Part shown: piece by piece, positions 33,966-40,279 of the stretch
How positions within the stretch are numbered: position 1 is the stretch's first letter
How the letters are laid out: the number at the start of each line of letters is the position of its first letter
Assembly (NCBI GenBank): GCA_016188245.1
Contig: JACPIE010000013.1
Coordinates: 21,058-85,057 of the forward strand
Direction: 5' to 3'
Origin: Candidatus Woesearchaeota archaeon
GTDB lineage: Archaea > Nanobdellota > Nanobdellia > Woesearchaeales > GW2011-AR4
DNA: 64,000 nt
Notes under the pieces: model-generated
Told to the model about the DNA's origin: nothing
The model's database searches: none
Seen by the model: the letters and a program-made list of their open reading frames with translations, nothing else
Translations under genes and position numbers: made by a program

Positions 33966-35468
33966 TCACCCCTTTATATTCCCCACGGGCTTCAGTCCTA
34001 TAACCGGCTTTGATATTCCAGCCTGTGAAACCGCGTCAATCACATCGTTAATGTTTTTATAGGCAAAACCAGCTTCCTCAGCCAGCCCGGGCATTGAAGT
34101 TGCTTTCACATAAATCCCTCTCTTTTCCATGTCTTTCTGCAATTGCTCTCCTCTTACTTGGTGCTTTGCAGCAGCCCTTGACATTGTCCTGCCGCTTCCA
34201 TGTGCTGTGCTGCCAAAAGTTTCATCCATTGCCTTTTGTGTCCCTACTAGCAAAAATGAGCCAGTTTCCATCGAGCCCCCTATGATTACGGGCTGCCCTG
34301 TGTTTTTGAAAAGCGGTGCAAGCTCAGGATGACCCGGAGGAAATGCTCTTGTGCTTCCCTTTCTGTGAACAACCAATTTTTTCTTGTGCCCATCAACAAC
34401 ATGCTCTTCCAGCTTTGCTATATTATGCGCAACATCATAAACCATGTGCATCTCAAGCTTTTCAGCATCTGTTTTGAAAACTTTTGAAAATCCTTCCCTA
34501 ATCCTGTGTAGAATAACTTGGCGATTTGCAAAAGCCATGTTCGCTGCGCATGCCATTGCCTTGTAATAATCCTGGCCTTCATTGCTTTGGAAAGGGGCGC
34601 ATGCAAGCTCTCTGTCGTAAACCTCAATATTATATTTTTTCATCACTCCTTCAAAAATCCTCAAATAGTCTGTTCCAATCTGGTGCCCAAACCCTCTTGA
34701 GCCGCAGTGAACCATGACAACAACCTGCTCTGGTGTGTGAATTCCAAATTTCTTTGCAATTTCAGCATCAAAGATATTTTCTGCCCTTGCAACCTGTATT
34801 TCTAGATAATGGTTTCCGGAGCCCAAAGTTCCCAGTTGCTTTATTCCGCGTTCCATTGCTCTTGAGCTTACTTTCTCCGGCTCCGCCCAGTCAATCCTTC
34901 CATAGCCTTCTGTCCTTTCCAAATCTTCTTTCCATCCATATCCATTTTCAGCGCACCATTTTGAGCCGTAAGCCATGATTTCCCTGAATTGTGACTTGCT
35001 CGCGTCAACAAATCCTCTTGAGCCGACTCCGGAAGGAACAGTCTTGAACATCGTGTCAACCAATTCTTTTAATTTTGGCTGGACTTCTTTATAGGTCAGA
35101 TTAGTTGTAACCAGGCGCATTCCGCAATTTATGTCAAAGCCGATTCCGCCCGGAGAGATAACTCCTGTTTCTGCGTCAAAAGCAGCAACGCCGCCGATTG
35201 GAAATCCGTAGCCCCACTTGTCTTGCTGTAGAACTAACTACAAAGCAAAATGACCATCGGGCATACAAAAACTGTATTTCTGGATTCCTGGCAGGCAAGC
35301 CACATTCGTTACCTGATTAAAGACACCATTATCCATTTCCGCAAGAAGCTTTTTAGTGGCATATATTCTTGCAGGAACTAGCATTCCTTTCTTATAGGAT
35401 TGCGGTATCTCCCAAACTACATCACTAATTTGCCTGATGTCTTTTGGTCTTTCCAAATTTCGTTCCAT
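33966..35468 (-). CDS. rtcB: RNA-splicing ligase RtcB, reading frame interrupted by a 33-nt in-frame insert carrying TAG
   Basis: ORFs 35238-35468 (ending ...CMPDGHFAL then stop) and 33966-35120 are in the same frame. The stretch between them reads LVLQQDK-WGYGFPIGGVAAFDAETGVISPGGIGFDINCG-MRLV. Removing 35217-35249 restores the consensus PDGH-WGYGFP and an ORF of about 489 aa. SD GGAGGA lies before the ATG at 35468. Confidence 0.85.
35217..35249 (-). other. 33-nt hairpin insert in rtcB (candidate BHB-like mRNA intron)
   Basis: mRNA sense: CAU|UUUGCUUUGUAGUUAGUUCUACAGCAAGACAAG|UGG. UUGCU pairs with AGCAA and GUAG pairs with CUAC. The exonic GUC pairs with GAC, which leaves a 3-nt bulge AU|U at the 5' junction. 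Confidence 0.5.
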
Positions 35469-36049
35469 TTAGTTCCTCCTTCCTGTTCTTATTAGATAAC
35501 AATATTTAGAACCTGCATTCTTTCTCCAAGGTCCGAATATAGCCGCAGAAATGTTGTGTTTATTTAAAGCTTTTCTTAACCCTGTAAGGTTTTTGCTTAT
35601 GGTTGAATCAATGAATAGGTTATGGAGTTTAAATATTCATGTTAGGATGTCCAGTATTAAATTAATGGATCTTTATTTTCAATATGGCAAACGAAATTCG
35701 CATTTTCACTCGTAAATGAATTCTTTTCAATATTATAAAAAATAAGATTTTATGAGCTTTTTCGCAAAGCATATAAACCGAATTGCCGCTATTCTGGCGA
35801 TAGGAAAACAGATAATTCAAAGCGAGGTGTTTTAAATGGCAAAAAAGAAAAAGGAAACAAAAGACCAGTGCAGTTGCTGACTGGACCCAATTACAGTATG
35901 TGATATTTATTCAAAATTTTTAATTTCTTTTTTATTTTTTAATATAAGTTTAAAGAAAAAAATCGGAGGTTTTCGAATTTGATTCTTGGATGCTTAAAAT
36001 TTTCAATATTCAATAAATTTAAATATAAATCAATCAAATCAGCTGTAAA

Positions 36050-36466
36050 ATGCAGATAAAAGACCTAAAGCCAAAGCAGGGAAATGTGGATGTTGTTGTT
36101 GATGTAATTGATGTCGGCGAAACTAGGGAGTTCAACAAGTTCGGCAAGCCGGGCAGGGTTGCAAATGCAATTGCAAAAGACGAGACTGGCGACATAAAGC
36201 TTACATTGTGGAATGATGACATTGAAAAAGTAAAAGCAGGAGACAAGGTTCACCTTTCAAACGGGTATGTGAATGAATGGCAGGGAGAGATGCAGCTGAC
36301 AACAGGAAGAATGGGAAAGATTGAAGTTGTCGGAAAAGCAAGCGCTGAGGATAGTTCTGATGCAAAGATAAGGACAAACATTCCTGCAGAAGAAAGCAAA
36401 GAGGATTTTGAAGAGCTTGATGTCGAAGAAGAAGACGTTGAAGATGCCGATGATGGGGAAATCTAA
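36050..36466 (+). CDS. single OB-fold ssDNA-binding protein (RPA/SSB-like) with acidic tail
   Basis: 138 aa. Has VDVVVDVIDVGETREFNKFGKPGRVANAIAKDETGDIKLTLWNDD and a C-terminal EELDVEEEDVEDADDGEI. Confidence 0.75.
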   Translation: MQIKDLKPKQGNVDVVVDVIDVGETREFNKFGKPGRVANAIAKDETGDIKLTLWNDDIEKVKAGDKVHLSNGYVNEWQGEMQLTTGRMGKIEVVGKASAEDSSDAKIRTNIPAEESKEDFEELDVEEEDVEDADDGEI

Positions 36467-36493
36467 AATCCAAATAGAAAGGCTTTTAAATTA

Positions 36494-36691
36494 TTATCTT
36501 GTTCTTGGAATTAGCCTTTTATCCTTAAAATAGAAATAAAAATATGCTAATGCTCCACCTACTCCTCCGCCGACTCCTCCAGCTAAATACCTAATCTTTA
36601 TTAAGTTTATACCAATAAATGCACCAATTGCTGTTGATAGCAAGAAGATTATCCACCTAACTACACTAAATTTTACATCCATGTGCTTCAT
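36494..36691 (-). CDS. small membrane protein with Gly-rich segment
   Basis: 65 aa with two hydrophobic segments and GGVGGGVGG. Confidence 0.4.
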   Translation of the reverse strand: MKHMDVKFSVVRWIIFLLSTAIGAFIGINLIKIRYLAGGVGGGVGGALAYFYFYFKDKRLIPRTR

Positions 36692-36891
36692 TATTTATCT
36701 TGATATAATGCCATATATAAACTTTCTTCAATTTAATAGATTATTCAAATTTGCCTTATTTTAAATCGCCTTAACTACTATTTCAACTACCAAAATATGA
36801 TTTCTGGTTTGACCACTGGACATGCGCGTGTGAAATATTTAAACCCCAAACCATTTACGTAGTCTCAATTTAAAAAAGATGGTGATATAAA

Positions 36892-37671
36892 ATGAAATTT
36901 GATGTGTTATTAAATTTTGAAGATGTACTCAGTACTTACAAATCAACTGAAGCCGGAGTAAAAGCACTGTCCAAATATTCATATTGGTTTCCTTTAAGAG
37001 AGTCTCCAAGTTTAGCTGGAATAGTTGCAGATTTAATGGGTGATGGCCATTTGCAAGATTATCCTAAATTAAGACTTGATTATACTTCAAAATCTATAGA
37101 TGAGCTTAACAGATTTAATACCGAGGTTTATAATGTGTTTGGAGTTAAAGGAAAGATAAGAAAATGTAACACAAACCATTATGGCACATTAAATTTAGGT
37201 ATTAACTCTAAACCTCTCGTTAGAGTTTTAAAGTTGATAGGAGTACCAACCGGTTCAAAGGTTTTGACTAAATTTTCAATTCCTAAATGGATTCTTGAAG
37301 ATCGAATTTTGCTTTCAAGATTTATAAATAGATTATTTAGCTGTGAGGGAAGTGTGGATTTAAAAAGCAAATATTTAGAAATTCAAATGTATAAGGCTGA
37401 ACACCTAATAGAAAACGGGATTTTATTTTTCAAGGAAATCAAATTCTATTTGGATGCTTATTTTGATATTAAAACAACTGAGCCATTTACAGGCAACACT
37501 TTTAATTTGCGTTGCGATAGAGTTAAAACAAGACCAATCCGATTAAAGATCAAACAAATGAATTCCTTACTTAAATTTAAAAACTTAGTAGGTATGGAAG
37601 ATTCTGCCAAGATGAAAAGATTAAACGTCATAACAGAAAGTAATTTAAATAAAATGCAGATTCTGACATAG
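36892..37671 (+). CDS. free-standing double-motif LAGLIDADG homing-endonuclease-like protein
   Basis: 259 aa. Motif 1 is SLAGIVADLMGDGHL and motif 2 is LSRFINRLFSCEGSV. AT-rich gene. Ends 15 nt before the tRNA. Confidence 0.7.
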   Translation: MKFDVLLNFEDVLSTYKSTEAGVKALSKYSYWFPLRESPSLAGIVADLMGDGHLQDYPKLRLDYTSKSIDELNRFNTEVYNVFGVKGKIRKCNTNHYGTLNLGINSKPLVRVLKLIGVPTGSKVLTKFSIPKWILEDRILLSRFINRLFSCEGSVDLKSKYLEIQMYKAEHLIENGILFFKEIKFYLDAYFDIKTTEPFTGNTFNLRCDRVKTRPIRLKIKQMNSLLKFKNLVGMEDSAKMKRLNVITESNLNKMQILT

Positions 37672-37690
37672 AGGCTGAGTATTTATGGGG

Positions 37691-37721
37691 ATTTTATAAG
37701 CTGAGGTTTATAGGACCAGAA
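37691..37721 (+). other. tRNA-Phe intron 1 (31 nt, acceptor stem position 4/5)
   Basis: TGG (37686-88) pairs with CCA (37716-18). The bulges are GG|A and AA|C. An inner 10-bp helix pairs 37692-37701 with 37706-37715. Confidence 0.75.
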
Positions 37722-37738
37722 CGGTAGCTCAGCCTGGG

Positions 37739-37766
37739 TAAAAACAGGCTTGCCTGTGTTCAGGAA
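37739..37766 (+). other. tRNA-Phe intron 2 (28 nt, D-loop about 20/21)
   Basis: A 4-bp helix pairs CCTG (37733-36) with CAGG (37761-64). The bulges are GG|T and AA|A. Removal gives the consensus D-loop AGCCTGGGA. Confidence 0.75.
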
Positions 37767-37783
37767 AGAGCACACGGCTGAAG

Positions 37784-37824
37784 GACGGTATTCTGAGCAA
37801 AGAGATTTGCGATGAAATTCCGAT
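37784..37824 (+). other. tRNA-Phe intron 3 (41 nt, canonical 37/38)
   Basis: CTGA (37778-81) lies opposite TCCG (37819-22), with 3 of 4 positions paired. The bulges are AG|G and AT|A. Confidence 0.8.
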
Positions 37825-38015
37825 ACCGTGGTGTCAAGAGTTCAAATCTCTTCCGCCCCACTTTATTTTTTGTGCAATGCCTGCTATGAAAAATCAAAAG
37901 CGGATTGCTTCCATTACGTTATTAATCCAGAAGCCGCTCTCGTGATTTTTAATTTTATTTTTATTGTGATGTTTATTTTTATTGTATGGTTACTCCAGGC
38001 TGAAATCAAATCTTT

Positions 38016-40226
38016 TTAACTGCTCAATGTAGCAGTCAAAATCCTTCCGGCAATTATGTTGAACAGGAGCATCACGGCCCCTGATATGAAGATATAAAGC
38101 AATGTGCTCCTTATCAAATTGTTTCCCAGCTGGTATCTTTCATTGAGCTTATCGCTTCCATTCTCAACGCCGTTTGCAATGACTGTAAGTATGAAAGTGA
38201 TCTGCACTACATAAATTCCTACAATCAGCTGGAAGTAATAAGTTGGTATGCCGTCGCCGAACAGGCTTATTATTCCTGTCGGGGCTGCAGCCTCTGCCCC
38301 TCCTGCTGATTCTGTAACCTGCTGCAGCTGCCCGCTTAATTTACCCAGTATGGCCGTAATCATCGAGGTTATGCCTATGACAACTCCTGCAATTGCGGGC
38401 GTCAAAAATTTGATCTGGGAATGCATTGAAGCTATTATGTCCGCCATCAGGTCTTTCAGCCTTTCATTGACTTTGTGTATCTCTTTGATGTACCTTGCAA
38501 CATTAGTCAAAGCCTGGGCTGCAATCAAAGGGCCTTTCTTTATGGCCTGAGTCAGCACTTTCATGGAGCTTTCTATAAGATTGCTTGGGAACGAGACAAG
38601 AGCGCCGTGCAGCGGGTCAAAGATGGCTTTTTCTATGCCCATCCCCAGCCTCCTTATATTCATGCTTACGAGCTGAAAAAAGCTGCCGGAAACAGTGCCT
38701 TCCATAACATCTGCAACTTTGCCGACTGCAATCTCGACAGGCAGGTTGTCCCCTAGCCTGTTTCCAAGCTGGAATAATGCATTTGCAAACTCAAGCTCAA
38801 GCTGCTTTGCCCTGTCCCTTATTTTTATAACATTCTTTGACTTAAGGCGGTAATACAAGCCGATTGCAAGGCCAAAGCTCAATGGGATGAACAGGCTCAT
38901 TACTGACGCCCCAAGCCCGTAAGGGCCTATTTCCTGGCCGGTTGCGGAGCTTGTCCTGTACTCCAAAAAACAGTATCTGTGCCCGCAGGAAGCTGCCAAG
39001 TCTTCATCCCCGAATCCAAAATCCGGAAGTCCGGCTGCATGAAGCAGTATCGGGCTTAATCCCAGCAAAAATAAAGCAACGCCCAAAAAAACGCTGAAAA
39101 ATATCGGGCTTATCTGGAATTCTTTATTGCCGAACTTTATCAGCACATTCCTGTATTTTTTAAGCTCAGGATTCTCTTCTGCAATGTCTGTGTTTCCATA
39201 GCCTGTGGGCCTTTTTGAAAGGATGCTCTTGCCGAGATAATAAACAACAACTGTAAGAATCACATTGTAGATTACCGCAAGATGGTACCATCTCACATTT
39301 TCCATAAAGCTTACAACAAGGGGCAGGATAACCAATCCGAGGATTGGAAGGATAATGCCGAGCATGTGCAGCATTGTTATCGGGTTTTGAAGGTTATGCG
39401 CGTAGTGCAGCATCTTTTCATAGGTTTCGTCAAGAATCACATCAAGGGCCTTGTCAAGCGCATTCAGCCTCCTTGATTCTTCCCCTTCATACAGCGAGCT
39501 TTCAATAAGGTGGAATGATTCAATAAATTCAAGGTTCCATTTCTTCCATGTCTCAAGGTACATATCCAGTGATTCCTTGACAGAAGAGTATTTTTCCGTT
39601 TCAACATCCCAAAGCACTTTTTTCATATCAAGGGCCAATGGGGGAGCCAGGTGCTGGCTCGCAAACTCGATTGCCTTTTCCAGGTTTGAAGTGTGCCTCA
39701 TGTATGTGACAACATAAAAAATGCACAAAACCATCTGGTTGCTTGATTTCAGCCTCCAGTTGTTCGCTATGAATTCCGGCGTTCTTGCAAGCGGCTTGAT
39801 CATGCAGGCAGCGCCAATTACAAAAAGCAGCACGAAGAAATTTGACTGGAAAACAAGGAATGCAAACAATGAGCCAAACAGGGCTGCTGCAATCGGCATC
39901 AAAAACGAAAATGAAACAGCGCCTGCCGGGGTTATGTTTAAATGGGTTATGTCTATGGATTCCTGGATTACTTGTGCCTGCTTGGCATCAGGCTTTATCT
40001 TGAGAAGCTTTTCGCTTAGATTGCATAACTTCTCATATATCGTCATTTGCCTGGGCAGAAATTCCTCTTTGAATTCCCGGTACTCCTTGGTTGTGGGCTT
40101 TGAAGGGTATTCCTCAACTTTTGCGCCCAGCTCTTTCTCCAGTTGTGTCTTGTAGAGCTCCATCAAGGACTTCAGCTTCTGCTTATCTATCTCTTTCGGC
40201 ATATTTGTAGAATATAATCTGCTCAC
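38016..40226 (-). CDS. polytopic membrane platform protein (FlaJ/TadC/PilC-like)
   Basis: 736 aa with many TM helices. Lies immediately downstream of the FlaI/PilB-type ATPase. Assignment rests mainly on synteny and topology. Confidence 0.6.
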   Translation of the reverse strand: MSRLYSTNMPKEIDKQKLKSLMELYKTQLEKELGAKVEEYPSKPTTKEYREFKEEFLPRQMTIYEKLCNLSEKLLKIKPDAKQAQVIQESIDITHLNITPAGAVSFSFLMPIAAALFGSLFAFLVFQSNFFVLLFVIGAACMIKPLARTPEFIANNWRLKSSNQMVLCIFYVVTYMRHTSNLEKAIEFASQHLAPPLALDMKKVLWDVETEKYSSVKESLDMYLETWKKWNLEFIESFHLIESSLYEGEESRRLNALDKALDVILDETYEKMLHYAHNLQNPITMLHMLGIILPILGLVILPLVVSFMENVRWYHLAVIYNVILTVVVYYLGKSILSKRPTGYGNTDIAEENPELKKYRNVLIKFGNKEFQISPIFFSVFLGVALFLLGLSPILLHAAGLPDFGFGDEDLAASCGHRYCFLEYRTSSATGQEIGPYGLGASVMSLFIPLSFGLAIGLYYRLKSKNVIKIRDRAKQLELEFANALFQLGNRLGDNLPVEIAVGKVADVMEGTVSGSFFQLVSMNIRRLGMGIEKAIFDPLHGALVSFPSNLIESSMKVLTQAIKKGPLIAAQALTNVARYIKEIHKVNERLKDLMADIIASMHSQIKFLTPAIAGVVIGITSMITAILGKLSGQLQQVTESAGGAEAAAPTGIISLFGDGIPTYYFQLIVGIYVVQITFILTVIANGVENGSDKLNERYQLGNNLIRSTLLYIFISGAVMLLFNIIAGRILTATLSS

Positions 40227-40279
40227 CTCTTTTTTGTTTTTATTTTATTGATGCGTGTGGCCAAAAATTATTTGTTTTT

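Larger units (their letters stand above)
37687..37860 (+). tRNA. tRNA-Phe (anticodon GAA) with three introns
   Basis: The spliced 74-nt product is GGGGCGG TA GCTC AGCCTGGGA GAGC A CACGG CTGAAGA CCGTG GTGTC AAGAG TTCAAAT CTCTT CCGCCCC A. All four stems are fully Watson-Crick. T8, A14, G18G19, T33, G37, TTC and A73 are all present. No encoded CCA. A T-run follows. Confidence 0.88.

Noticed and set aside
35238-35240. The in-frame TAG in rtcB as a recoded sense codon (pyrrolysine or a reassigned stop).
   Set aside because: TAG clearly terminates metG (22315-22317) and the IscA-fusion gene (27529-27531). No pyl genes are seen. The flanking 10 extra codons are also absent from the RtcB consensus, so read-through alone would not restore the motif.
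35217-35249. T4 gene-60-style translational bypass of the rtcB insert.
   Set aside because: The stop-in-hairpin arrangement is suggestive, but there is no matching take-off and landing codon pair. The codon before TAG is UUG and no UUG precedes UGG-GGC. The product would also keep the non-consensus residues FAL.
35676-36009. Three copies of TTTTCAATAT as origin-recognition (ORB-like) boxes.
   Set aside because: Only a 10-mer in very AT-rich DNA. There is no dyad structure and no cdc6/orc1 gene nearby. It is kept only as a minor note inside the intergenic-gap finding.
37950-37990. Direct repeat TTTATTTTTATTGT occurring twice downstream of the tRNA.
   Set aside because: Low-complexity T-rich sequence in the convergent terminator region between the tRNA and the platform-protein gene. 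It is most simply oligo-T termination signals.
37828-38019. 63-aa plus-strand ORF that starts inside the tRNA-Phe 3' half.
   Set aside because: It overlaps the T-arm and acceptor stem of a well-supported tRNA and runs through an oligo-T terminator. It has no motif support.
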